Positions 37,899-51,000 of a DNA stretch of 64,000 bases are shown here, one piece after another. Location: contig CM060731.1 in NCBI GenBank assembly GCA_030704615.1, forward strand, positions 17,608,001 through 17,672,000, written 5' to 3'. The position numbers and the translations under genes were made by a program. Below the pieces are notes generated by a model. The model did no database searches, was not told the origin of the DNA, and worked only from the letters and a program-made list of their open reading frames with translations. Position 1 is the first letter of the stretch; each line of letters opens with the position of its first letter. This DNA comes from Takakia lepidozioides (lineage: Eukaryota; Plantae; Bryophyta).

Positions 37899-40350
37899 GT
37901 CCATAGAGTGATAGGCAAGTTGAACCACAACGGCCTTGCTATATCCGGTATTCCCCCTCCTCTTGAACGCTATCTAGTCCATAGATTGGGATAGACAACA
38001 AAAGATGGGGGTGCCTCTATCTAGAAACTAGACCTAAATAAAAAATAAGTTTATTTTTACTTGAAACTCACCAGAGTAGAAGCTTAAGCTTCAACATTAC
38101 AAACTCATTGTTTCTATATTGTCCAATATTTGTTCACCTATTTAGGGTTTGTCTAAGATAAGTAGAGAGAGAGAAGACTCCGGCCGGAGCCAGCGTAACT
38201 AAGAGCCACTTCGCCTCGCGGCTACTGCCCCCTTTCGGGGGTGGGTCCTATATATACAATATAAACATTATGCCTTCTGCTCCATGTGAATAAGGCATAT
38301 CAAGAATTGATGTACGTCGTTACACACAATCCCGTATGTATAAGTGAATAAGCACGTGAAGGATCTACAATAAAGACTCGTCTACTTGTGTCTTGAGAGT
38401 TCTCAAACCTCACTATTTGATAGTCTATTGATCCACATAGAAATTGTAGGAAAGATGAAATTAGGGCCTACATGATGAGATACTATACTAATGGATGACA
38501 CAAAGCATTCCAGTTCTGTATGTTCAGATGTGGTGACCTTAGGGCCAACTTCCATGTCATGGACGTCGGCCAAGATTGCACTAGATGACAAAAATGACAC
38601 TGTGCTTCCATGTGTTAATTTTCACAGGCGCCCAGATATCGGTGGCCGACATGGGAGAGCGCAATTTTGACGTGTTGTATTGGGTTACCATGTCTCTTCT
38701 ACCTGCTGTGAAGGTCACCTTTGTGCACATTGTTTGCCGACCCGCCACCCCGCGGGACCCACCCTTTGCCAAGTGACCGGCTCAATGGGTCCGGGCCTTG
38801 GACAGGGAGGCAGGCCTACTGCCCGATTGCTTTCAAACCCTATGTACATAAAAGCAACCATCCATGCCAACAGGCCACGCTCCACGGACGTCCGCTAACT
38901 TTGGATAACTTGGGAGGGCCGGGACATGGAAGTTGGCCCTTATCCTGACTGCCCAATCCAACTTGTTTCATCATGTCTGACTTTCGGTCATCATATTGTT
39001 TAGATATACAAACTTGAGAATACAACATAGCAGAGAGGGAGGAATCGTGTGATATAGCCTTGCAGTCATGCTGGACACGACAAAACAGGGAAAAGAGGGG
39101 GAGATGATGACTCTTTCAGGTGGTTCTAGCTCCCAATGTTGGTTCCGACACTTTAGTCGAATAAGTGTAAGTTCCTCACCAGTCCATATACACGAGTCCT
39201 GACGCTCCATTTGGAGTTTCTTAGTCTCGTCGGGCTTCTCAGACATCTCTATATAGTAAAGGGTCAAGGCCAAAGGAAAGGAATTGGGCAATTATTGGCT
39301 GCCTTAAGTTGGATATTCCTTCAGTATGAAGGCCCTCATTAATCCTTGCTGAGGACCTGATAGTGGAAAGCAACCGGAGAGCTTCCTGGGTGAAAAATCC
39401 AGGGTTTCTCTTTGTGCATAACATTATATGGAGTTCTAAGCCCACTGTGAACAGCGCGCAGTCAGCTCTACAAGCATACAAGTACCTGTTAAGATTTCAA
39501 AACATGATGAACTTGATCTAGCAAGTAGCAAGAAAATAAGTATTGAACAGCTCCTACCACGAAAAGGTTGTGTTCCAGGGATGTGGACCTCGAGTGAAGC
39601 AAGTTTGAAAGTATCTACATGGCGGGTCCCAGAGGCGCGTTCAGGCATGGCCTTGTGTAGAATGATGAGGGTCCCAAGAGACCAATGAGAAAGAGTGTCT
39701 CGGGGCTGTGAAAGGAAAGTGGTTAACGGTTGATGCTTCACAATTACGGCACGAGACCCCTCCAGCTATTTACAGCACGGACGGGCCGCTGTCTCTGCGG
39801 TCTCCACGCGCTAATCTCGCCCTCCTATCATGACTCATTCTAGTGGCAGAAGAAGAAGATGCAGTTGCTTGGAATGGTCGAGATGCAGCAGCCAGACGTA
39901 TGTGGGTGGTGTGAAATTGACGATCAACTGCTAAAAGCTAATCATGGGTAACCTAAAAACAGCACGGACTGTTTCGAGCTTTACCCATGTTTAGTTTTTC
40001 TCGAGGAAAAAATAAAGGTGGGCATGTCGGTCGGTGGTCTCACTTCGTCGGCACGTCTGCGGCTGTGATCACCCCCTTCCTCGAGGCTGCGGGTAACTGT
40101 GTTGGCTCGCCCCACTGCTCACTTACCTACATAAACTCTTGTCTCTCTGTAGACTCATAATCGAGAACAGGAGCCGATCGTTCGTTGCGACCCAGTTACA
40201 AGCAAAGCTTCAGCATATTGTATCTGCAACGTTGAGCAAGGTGCAAGCTGAGATTGTCGTGCAGCGAGGCTTTTGACATCTGTTTCTCTCACAGTTTCTC
40301 TCGTCAGTGTGGGTATTCGTTGTGGTTTGTGATCGACACTCTCCAGAAAC

Positions 40351-40548
40351 ATGGCTTCGCGATCAGTAATAGCTCTTGCTGTTGTCTTCATGGTGCTGGT
40401 CTCGACGATGGCAGTTGCAGTGAATGCACAGTCGGCAGGCCCCGCTCCTGCTCCTCAAAGTGGAGCGGCTCCTCCATCTTTGCTGCCTTCTCTTGTGGCC
40501 CCAGTTCTCGTAAGCGTTCTTGCTTTCGTGGCTGCGCGGCTCATGTAA
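40351..40548 (+). CDS. Arabinogalactan peptide (signal peptide, APAP motif, GPI-anchor-like C-terminus)
   Basis: MASRSVIALAVVFMVLVSTMAVAVNA|QSAGPAPAPQSG-AAPPSLLPSLVAPVLVSVLAFVAARLM is the classic AG-peptide layout; TATA-like TACATAAA at ~40128. Confidence 0.88.
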   Translation: MASRSVIALAVVFMVLVSTMAVAVNAQSAGPAPAPQSGAAPPSLLPSLVAPVLVSVLAFVAARLM

Positions 40549-41903
40549 GCGCGTCTCCTATTTTTGTGCAAGGCGGAAAGGCGACATGGATTTTCAAGAG
40601 GGTCTGCCGAGGGACTCCCGAGGGAGCGTCTGCACGGCTGAGGAGTTTGCAGGTCTGTTCAGGCGATGGCGGTCTCTAAGTTTGAAGCGTCTCTCATGCA
40701 GGCTCAGGACATATGTACAGGAATTCTGAGAAGACATGTAAGTTAGCTCAGGGTCTCTGTGCAGTGTCATCTTTTTCCACAGCGGTTCTACTATACATAT
40801 AGGAGAAGGTCCAGTTTCATCTTGGATAATTGTCAAGTCTAGATGATAGTCTCATCAGGGATTCTTCCAGTGCAGTGAATTATGTCATCACAGACAGATA
40901 CTTCATTTATGGACTTTGTCCAATAAAAGGATGACTAGTCAGATGTCTTTAGTCATTTGAACTTGAGAGTGAATCATTTGACCTCTCATAATCAAGTTTT
41001 CCGGCCTGAGAGTTTGATATGGATGTGAGTATTTGCAATTCAGTCACGAAAGATTACTTCTTGCTCTAGTGTTTTGAATGTTTTGAAGTTTGACGGTCAT
41101 ACGTGGGAGTGGAATGAATTGAACATGCAGTGTATATATGTTTATTCCGTGAAATGTACATGGTAACTAAGATGGTGATGTAGTATATAGTACTAAGCTT
41201 CTGCTGAGTACATTCCAATATTGTTTGTCTCGCATCTGTTGTTTGCGTTGCATCTATCCACACTTTGTTTTTTGGACATGTTTTCTGGATTTTGTAGATG
41301 TTTTTCTTGTCGGAGGTAGAAGTGAACAAAAGGGTGCAGGTGTTTGTAATCTACAGTTAGACTTTTCTAGTGGCTAATTCATGAAGCAGGCGATACAGCC
41401 TCGAAATTTTGGATTTGTTCTCACAGTTTTGGCAGATTTGACAGAATATTTCTAAAACCGCAGCTTCTGTTTGTTAGGCAATTGGGAAAGAAAGGGGAAG
41501 AATTTATGTTAGTAGACATCGAGCTCTACAGCACGGAATGTTGAAGAGTTTTCTCTGGGCGAGAAAAGCAGCGAAACTGGTGGAGAGTCTAGACTCCAAC
41601 CTCCCTGCTGCGCGTCTGTGTGATCTTTTATTTTAAGGAAACTCCGCCAATCAATAAACAATAGAGAAGAAATACGTGGGTCCATTTGGTTGGAACATGT
41701 GCCACGTAGGAATCATGGTGGGACAACACCCCACACACTCACAGGAAGACCTGATTCTGGAGAGGCAGAGAGCGCCCTCACGATCTTCTGTAGACAAGAA
41801 GGTTGTGAGTAGCAGAGGCGAATCATTAGTCAACAGAGCATCCATAGGCACTCTGCAAATCCCGCTAGCACACTCACAGTGGCTTTTTCGGTTTTGTTCC
41901 TAG

Positions 41904-44900
41904 ATGGCAAACCCCCGTTACTCCACCTCGTTATTATTCCATCGCTTCCTTTCTCAGTCTCGTAACTTGGATGCCCATCCTTTTCTTCCCCGTTTCTTTA
42001 CTGGTAATTTCAGTTCAAATGGTTATGACCTTGAAGAGGCTCACGTGCCGTCTTTCCTTCCAATTCCGGTGCCATCCCCACGTTTGAGCTCTGGCGGATC
42101 CACCGTGTCTCCGTTTCACACGGAATTTTGTCTTTTCAATCGATTGTCTGCATGTAGACACAGCTCCCTTTCACAGGAGCCGGCGGCCTTCAGTTGCAGA
42201 GGCCATGCGTGGCTGCTAGCTGGAGGAATTTCTTTCTTAGGGCTCAGCTTGCTCGGGCAGAGCCTTGAGCAGACACCTGCTTCATGCGAAGGCATCCAAG
42301 CTACCAGGTACATTAAGTAGACATTTTTACAAGGGAATTCTGCACAACTCGTGAGGTCAAACTCCTCAAGAGTGACTGGTGGCATGTGGTATGGCTCGGT
42401 TATCTCCAGGTATTGACTTGAGCAACGTAGACGTCTGATCATTCGTCCCGTTGATTGGTTCCGGAGTCAGGTTTTTGGTGTGATCGTGAAACCTTGTCTC
42501 TTGTCTTCAATTCTGCTATAGCTGTCTTGTGGGAGGTCCGTACCTCAACATGTATAGGTGGAGACACGAAAACTTGTGTAGTAGCGAGCAAGTCTTCCAG
42601 GTGTAGCTAGAAGGCAATGCAGGGATTGTTTTGGATGCCTCAGCCTGAGTCTGAAATAATAGTAGCTGAAATGAGGTTAACGGTTGGTTTTCGGACTTGG
42701 GAGTTCAGTGTGGAGGTGGTTGTGCCTGTCACGCCTGAGAATCTCCCACGAGCTTTTGTTGAGGAGTTGGAGGCTGCCTGTGACGTATGTCTCTTCCTTC
42801 TGTCCATTCTCTTGTGCGAGAGCAGCATTATACATTCTTTCTCCCTTCTGCCAGACTCCAAGTTGCAAGGTCAAGCATTTAATGCCACCAAATGGAGGAA
42901 TGATGGAAACTAAATCTTGGAGCAGCAGAAGTTACAGGATCTAAATGCTTTTCAATCTGTATGTACAAAATAATTTTGGATGAGGCAAACAGTTCCTACT
43001 ATCATGCAGGAGTTGTTGTGGGGCTGTCCCCAGTCTTAATCTCTCTTCAAAGCCGTAGCTGTAGTTTAGCAAATTCGTTCTCGTTCTCATTGGAGATGTT
43101 CAGAGGAAGTGTGAAACTGGCGTTTATGATACTCCCTTTGTATGACAGGCTGACCGGGTCATTCTAAACCTGGATGAGAGGACCAGCCACGGAAAACCTT
43201 GGAATACATATCATGTGATAAAGGCATTTCCAGACGTTGTGGTGTACCCCAAGTAAGAAAATGAGTCAAGAAGCTGGCCAGTAATTTTTATTTGTGTCTG
43301 AAGAGATGGTGTGGAACTTCCAAGCAATTCCCGCTTAGCGATTTTTTGGTCTTCCCCTGATCTCTTGAAAGTCAAAATCTGTGTGTTCTTGGTTCAGGTC
43401 CCAGGAAGAAGTTGTCGCAATTGTAAATATTTGTGCAAGATATAAGGTTTGTTTCTATCGCACATGGTACTATACGATGTTGAACCTGTGAATCAAAGTT
43501 GAGTTACAGGTGCTGTTGAGGCAATACAACCAACATGGGAACAGAACATCTTTTACACTTGTTTCTTGCACTGTTTCCCCCCATGACACTTTGGAGGTGC
43601 GGATCTCGAAGTCTGTATATGGGGTGGGGTGATGAGTTCTGGGGAATTCTGTATGTAAGAATTGCAGCTCCTGTGCCAGATGCAGTGAGTTCGAAAACTG
43701 AAGCGTGGAAGATGTTTCTACAGTCCACTAGATTATGCCATAGATCCAGTGTGAATGGGGTGCTCTGGGTGTTGACTTCTGTTAAGGTGGACAGAACATG
43801 ACTGTTTGATTTGGCTGGTCATTACAGCTTCACAAGTACTTGTAGCTAAGCAAAGAGGGCAGTGTTCAGGCTATAACCTCTCTGATGGACATTCCTGCAA
43901 TTTTAGCACGAAAGAAACGAGTCGAATTCTTGGTGGGCAAAGCTGTACCATTGGTTTTTCTTTTGATGTTGCCTCAACTGTCTGGGTTCACAGGTTCCTC
44001 TAACTCCATATGCAGGCGGCACATCTGTGGAAGGGCACACAATGACCCCTTATGGAGGTGTGAGCATTGACATGAATTACATGAAGGTATTCATCTTTGG
44101 GGAAAGATATGAGCTGAGCTAGAGAAAGGATCAAGGCCAGGTGTCCACTGCATGAAGTTCAGACTTTGAATGAGAAACATCTGATGTGCCAAAGAAATAA
44201 TGTAGAAGTGGGCATGGAAGAGAATGTACCAGAATTGACTGTGTACCGATTTAAATTGGCAGGACATTAAGGGCCTCTTACCTGACCTGTTGCAAGGGAA
44301 TTTCTGTCATGGTAATAGCAGGGTTGCCATAGATGCTTTACTGCTGAGTGATGAGTATCAATTTCATGGGCAGAGGCATGTAGTCTAACTTTGTACCATT
44401 GACCTGATTTCCCTTGAATGCCCTACCCTTACAGGATTCTGGTTGTAAGGAATAATCAGAATCCATACATCACCTTCAATATTTGGGGGAAAACCCATTA
44501 ATTCTTTGATAGAGGGAGAGAGTGTACTAAGAAGACATTGTTGCCATAGCCTTGTGGCCATAGACCCTGCACCCAGTTTGGGCTGAACGAAAGGGAGCAG
44601 CCACTACCTTTATGAGGGGCTCACTCCAGTAGTGGGACTTGCCTTGATTTAAACAATTGGCTTAGGCTTTCCAGATTTCCTCTAGAAAGCCCTTCACACA
44701 AGCATCAATCTGCTGTATGTGAGCAGCCCAGCAATCAGACCCCAACAGGGCCAGCGATTTAGGCTCATGCTCGAGTTTTTGAAAGTTGGTTAACATAGGT
44801 GCAGGGACTCTGTTCTTGATGGTCATGAAGAGGTGGCTGTCTGATGAGAATACCCTGGACATTGTATCAGAAATTGGAGAGAGCAAGAATGTACTGGTAA

Positions 44901-47900
44901 GACGTTGTTTGCCGTAGCCGTGAGAGAGAGACAGAGAAGACTCTGGCTGGAAATGGTGTAACCAAGAGCCACTTCACCTCACGACCAATGCTTTCATATT
45001 TATACTCCAAGTGTTGAATTTCAAAATTGGGGAGTCTTCCAAACACTCGCGCACCATGTGGGTTTATGAAATGGAGCTAGCCTATCCAGGACGGTGAGAA
45101 GTAGCCTTTGTTCTTGAATCTGCGTTCCTACTACCTGGGAGAGCATCTTTGGATGTACAAGGTGGCTTACTCAACAGATAAAGTGGGGGTCAATATGTGA
45201 CAATCCAGGGAATCAAGGAGCTACATATAGAGGACATGGATGTAGTGGTGGAGCCAGGGATTGGCTGGATTGAGCTGAACAATTACTTAAAACCATTTGG
45301 CCTTTTCTTCCCTCTTGACCCAGGTACTGTACCTCCTTTTTTGCTCATTGTAAGACAGTCTTCAGCACTTCTATTCAACAGGGTCATATTTAAAGCACCA
45401 CCTCACATATGCTAATTCCCTCCTATGTGGTCCTGAGAATACAATCAAATGTCAGCGCCTTTTATGGCAATCTCATAAAGGTCATTACTTCATGGATTTT
45501 AACTCCTTTACTTTGGCTACAGTCTTACTCCTTTCTTGGATGTTGGGCAAGTCTTCCTACTGTAGAGGTAAGTGTTTAGGGGTTAAGAGGCAAGGAAAAT
45601 TTCTAAGGCAATATTCGTACTACTGAGCTTCAATTACGAAGGTCTTTCTTTCCACTCTCTCTTTCACACACTGGACTCAACTTGTCCTGACCCTGTGCAC
45701 CGGGTAGGAACCAGATGTGGAAAGTTCCATTGGTGCTGTTTTTACCATTGTGGCAGGTCCATCTACTTTTTGTCACGGCCCTAGGATGCACTTGAATGTC
45801 ATGCTGGTCAATTGTGGTGTCAAAGAACTGTATGGTCGTGACTGCAGGCCCTGGTGCTACCATAGGTGGAATGTGCGCCACACGGTGCTCTGGTTCCCTT
45901 GCTGTGCGGTATGCTGCCTTGAGAGCATCTCTTTGCATCACGTAGATGTTTTCATCAAGTTCCATCTGTGGTCCTTTTGCCCTCTTCACTGACAAGAAAG
46001 TTGTACTTCCTTTCTCACGGATGGGGAAGAGGGTTTCTGTCCTCTATGACAATTGAGTTCCCTATGTGCACATGCTTGGCAGACACAAGAAGTGAAGCAC
46101 TTCAATTTTCTGTTCAGAATGTTTATATGGAGGCTAGTAGAGGGGAATGGAATAATCTAAATAGAAGTTGCAGCTTCCTCCCATCTGCATGTTTCATCAT
46201 TGCAACAAGAGTGGCATTGAAATTTTACACAGTCCAAGCATACAAATGGACTATGCTGATCTGTTTCTTCAATATTGCAGGTATGGCACCATGCGAGACA
46301 ATGTGATCTCTTTGAAGGTCTGGTCTCACAGCAAGCAACTGGGCTCCCATTATGGTTTGTTCAGAGTTTGGAGGTTAATAGGATTCGTCAAGCAATAGAT
46401 TTAGCACTTCTCAATGCTTGATACATGCAAATTCTTCGTCTTCTTGATCATGTCGATGGTGGATCGGTGGGTATGAACAATTGCATTTCTCCTCTTCCAG
46501 GGAAATGTGTTGATAGCGTGGGCTGTACAGATTGCAGGAGGGCGGTAGGACATTCTTTTGTGGGGAAGGCACATGTTTGTCACAAAGCTTTAGCAGTTGT
46601 TTGAGCTCGAACAATGGTGGTCAAGGGGAAGAAGCTGTTCAGAACTATTTTCTGCTTCCTTAACGTAGTCCCATTATCTGGAGTTAAGTTGGGCCTGGCC
46701 TGTAGATTTCATTTTTGGAGCCGTCTGGGCCAAGGCAGGCTCTTCCTGGTAAGCTCCTTTAATGCAGGGTCCTTACAACCATGCTTGACAGGCGGTGCTA
46801 GCTAATGGAGAGGTGGTGAAGACAGCTAATCGTGCCCGTAAGAGTTCTGCTGGGTAGGTACTTTTAACCACCTCAGTTCCCACCTTGCAGCTTTCAAATG
46901 GACATTTAGAGTCTCTTCAGATTGCATCACAAACCCATGCATCAAGTAGTACTTTCTAAATCTTCACAAGTCAAGGGGAAATTTTGCTTTCGGGCCACCT
47001 GGGGTGGGGATTGAACCATTGCAGCAGGCCATGCTGCTCATAAGGTCGGCGTAGTGTGGGTTGTATGGATTATCTGTGCTGTGGTGCTGGTGAGATATAT
47101 TGATAGCGAAGCATATCCAATGAGTTTCTCTTCCATGATGAATAAAAGAGGTTATACTTGATGGCCCTCTCCTTTTTCGATCCTGAAGGTTATCTGGTAA
47201 AGGAATTTAAGAGTTGGAAAGTCCAAATCAAATAGCACATGTCATAGGATGCTGATGTACATGTCCTGGAGGCAGATATGATTTGACAAGGCTGTTGGTC
47301 GGGAGTGAGGGTACCCTGGGGATAATTACAGAGATTACACTACGCCTGCAAAAAATCCCGGAAGCTTCCACTGTAAGTGAAATCTCTCTCTCTCTCTCTC
47401 TCTCTCCTTAAATTCAGGGCAGGAAGCCTACCTTTGAACAGCAAACAGAAGCAGAGAGGAAAGGGAGAGTGCAATTGCCCGTTGTGTGGGCAGCCTGAAG
47501 GCAGTATTCATTTTCTGATACACTGTCCAGGGTCCTCTCACCAAAGAGACGCTCTCTTCAAATCTATCAAGGGAATTGTGCCTGTACCTCTGTTTACCAA
47601 CTTTGAAAGTCTCGAGGCTGAGCCGAAAGCCCAGGCCCTCCTGAGGCCTAGTTTTTGGGCAAATCACACACAGCGGATTGATGCTTGTGTGAAGGGATTT
47701 CTAGAGGATATCTGGAAAACCCGTATTAATTCTATATATGAAGGTAAGTCTTACTACCAACGTCATCCCCTGACAGAGGTAGGTTCTGTCCCTTTTGTTT
47801 CCGCTCAAACTGGGCTGGGGGTCAATGGCCACAAGGCTACGGCAAACAACGTCTTATGAGTACAATCTCTCTCGCTTTATACCAAGGTAAGTCTTACTAC

Positions 47901-48012
47901 CAACGTCAGCCCCTGACAGAGGTAGGTTCTGTCCCTTTGTGTTCCGCTCAAACTGGGCGCGGGGTCAATGGCCACAAGGCTACGGCAACCAACGTCTTAT
48001 GAGTACATTCTC

Positions 48013-48044
<32 letters not shown>

Positions 48045-51000
48045 GCATTAGAAGTAAAAAAAACCATGATTTGCCGCGCTATCAGGCCGGCCAAAACAGC
48101 TAATGTGGCTGTTCAGGGTGGTTTTGGCATTCCTCCCTTAAGCTCCCGACGCGATGAATTCAAAATCAGATGGTGGGGTCAGCTGCAACGTATGGCTAAT
48201 ACCAGATATCCTAAGTTAATCGACTCTATGTCTTGGAAGCAGGACCGCCCTGTCAAACAGGCTAAATCCTGGTGGAAAAGGGTAGAAGAGATTTTCAAGG
48301 ATCTGAATCTTAGTCCACTAGCCATGACCCTGCTGGATGTGGCTTAGAAGCTGAAGTTTCCGAAGCCATGTCTATTGCCAGGAAATTGTCTGAAGAAAAT
48401 GAAGTTAGGCAGAAAACTTCCCTGAACCTGTTTCCAGTCTGTGACATGGGTGAGGCCATCATGGATGACCTCAAGGGTCTACCCACCCTCGGCACTAGAC
48501 TGAAATTCAAACTCAGGGCGGGTAGCCTACCTTTGAACAACAAACAGTCGCAGAGAGGAAAGGGGGATTGTAAGTGCCCGTTGTGTGGACAACCTGAAGA
48601 CAATATTCACTTCCTGATTCATTGTCCTGGGTACTCTCACCAACGGGACACCCTCTTCAATTCCATCAAGGAAATTGTGCCTGTACCTCTGTTTAACAAC
48701 TTTGAAAATCTTGAGGCTGAGCCAAAAGCCCAGGCCCTTTTGGGGTCTAGCTATTGGGCAAATCACACACGTTGATGCTTGTGTGAAGGGATTTCTGGAG
48801 GATATCTGGAAATCTCGGATCAACTGTTTATTCCAAGATAAATCATACTACCGGCGTCAGCCCCTGACAAAGGTAGTTTCTGTCCCTCTATGTTCCGTTC
48901 AAACTGGGCGCGGGGTCAATGGCCACAAGGCTACGGCAAACAATGTCTTATGAGTACAATCTCTCTCTCGCATTAGCCCTGGCCCTGTCGGGGTCTATGG
49001 GGCTGCTCACACACAGCAGATTAATGCTTGTGTGAAGGGCTTGAGAATATCTAGAAAGCCCGAACTAATTGTTTATACCAAGGTACGTCACACTACTGGA
49101 GTGAGCCGCTCACAAAGGTAGTGCCCATCCCCTATGTTTCCGTCCAAATGTGCGTTTTTTGGATTAGCTGTGAGGACTTATGTGGGCGTTGACGACCAAT
49201 AATTCGTAGACCTCACAAAGCTATGTTATGTTATGTTATGTTATTATTATTATTATTATTTTTTCCGGAATAAATTGCCATTTTCACTTTTTATTGTGTC
49301 ATTGGCGTACTCCATGAATTATGTGGGGCCCATGTAACAGGCCATGACTGCAAAACAATAGGACCTCCAAAATGAGTAATTAAACTGTTTCGGAATACCA
49401 TCAAATGAAATAAAGAAAAGCACAGGAAATTATGCATAATGAAGACATGCAATAAGAGATAAAATATCTTATGGGGTTCCATCATAGTGGTACTCAATTG
49501 GAAAAGGAGACAGTGTCAGTGCCCCGCAAGTATCTGATACCTTAGTTCAGGATATAGTCTGTCATGGACAGAGATATTATGTGGGCTTCAACACCCACAT
49601 AAAACCTCTCCTCCTGGTAAGGCATTATGAAGCAATAAAAAGAAAATGAGGGCCACACTGCCTCTGATTGATAGAGAGATATTATGTGGGCTTCAACACC
49701 CACATAATATCTCTCCTCCTGGCAAGGCTTTATGAAGCAATAAAAAGAAAATGAGGGCCACACTGCCTCTGATTGATAGAGAGATATTATGTGGGCTTCA
49801 ACATCCACATAAAACCTCTCCTCTTGGTAAGGCATTATGAAGCAATAAGAAAAAAAATGAGGGCCACACTGCCTCTGATTGACAGAGAGAGATTATGTGG
49901 GCTTCAACACCCACATAATATCTCTCCTCCTGGCAAGGCTTTATGAAGCAATAAAAAGAAAATGAGGGCCACACTGCCTCTGATTGATAGAGAGATATTA
50001 TGTGGGCTTCAACATCCACATAAAACCTCTCCTCTTGGTAAGGCATTATGAAGCAATAAGAAAAAAAATGAGGGCCACACTGCCTCTGATTGACAGAGAG
50101 AGATTATGTGGGCTTCAACACCCACATAATATCTCTCCTCCTGGCAAGGCTTTATGAAACAATAAGAAGAAAATGAGGGCCACACTGCCTCTGATTGACA
50201 GAGAGATATTATGTGGGCTTCAACACCCGCATAACCTCTCCTCCTGGTAAGGCATTATGAAGCAATAAAACGATAATGAGGGCCACACTGCATGGAGGAT
50301 AGTAGGGGATTCCCCCAGACAAATAGTTTCACAGAGCCTGTCATGGACATAGATATTATGTGGGCTTCAACTACCACATAATATCTCTCCTCCTGGAAAG
50401 GCTTTATGATGGCTCAAAATGGGGGCCACTCTGCCAGGGTCTATGGCTGCAAGGCTACGGCAAACAAAGTCTTACGAGTACATTCTGTCATACGTCATAG
50501 AGTACCATTTCCTTCCTCTCTCAATGTAGTGCCCAAACGGGGAACGGGGTCTATGGCAACCAGGCTACGGCAAACAAAGTCTTATGAGTATATTCTCTTG
50601 CTAACTGGTGCACACACCCATGTGCTCAAACAATTTTCTCTTTCAATTTGCAGGTGGCAATGTGCAATTTTAAATCCGTCCGAGATGCTGCTGATGTGGC
50701 AATCGCTACAATGCACTCTGGCATTCAGGTGATTTATGTCCCCGTGTTGCTCTTCTCTCCTTATTTCTCTCCCCTGGCAGCAGTTTCTCAGACCTTGTCA
50801 CAAGAGTGCCTTTGGACTAAGCTTTATCCTCTTCTTGCCTCTACTGGGAGTGTCTGTAGTTGTTCCTGCGGTTGACATTGAAGCTGAAGCAGGGGTATTG
50901 GCACAGGGCAGGTGTCAAGAGTTGAGTTGGTGGATGAGGTGATGATGAAGGCTATTAACCTTGCCAATGACAAACATTTCCCAGAAGAACCAACACTCAT

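Noticed and set aside
46995-47025. tRNA/SINE B-box-like GGTTCAATCC (minus strand; also at ~53581 on the plus strand)
   Set aside because: No convincing A-box or cloverleaf could be built.
49542-50046. Minus-strand ORFs with 35-aa repeats; hammerhead-like CTGATTGA before the stem
   Set aside because: The ORFs are a by-product of a 105-bp unit. The core is not CTGANGA and no GAAA follows the stem.
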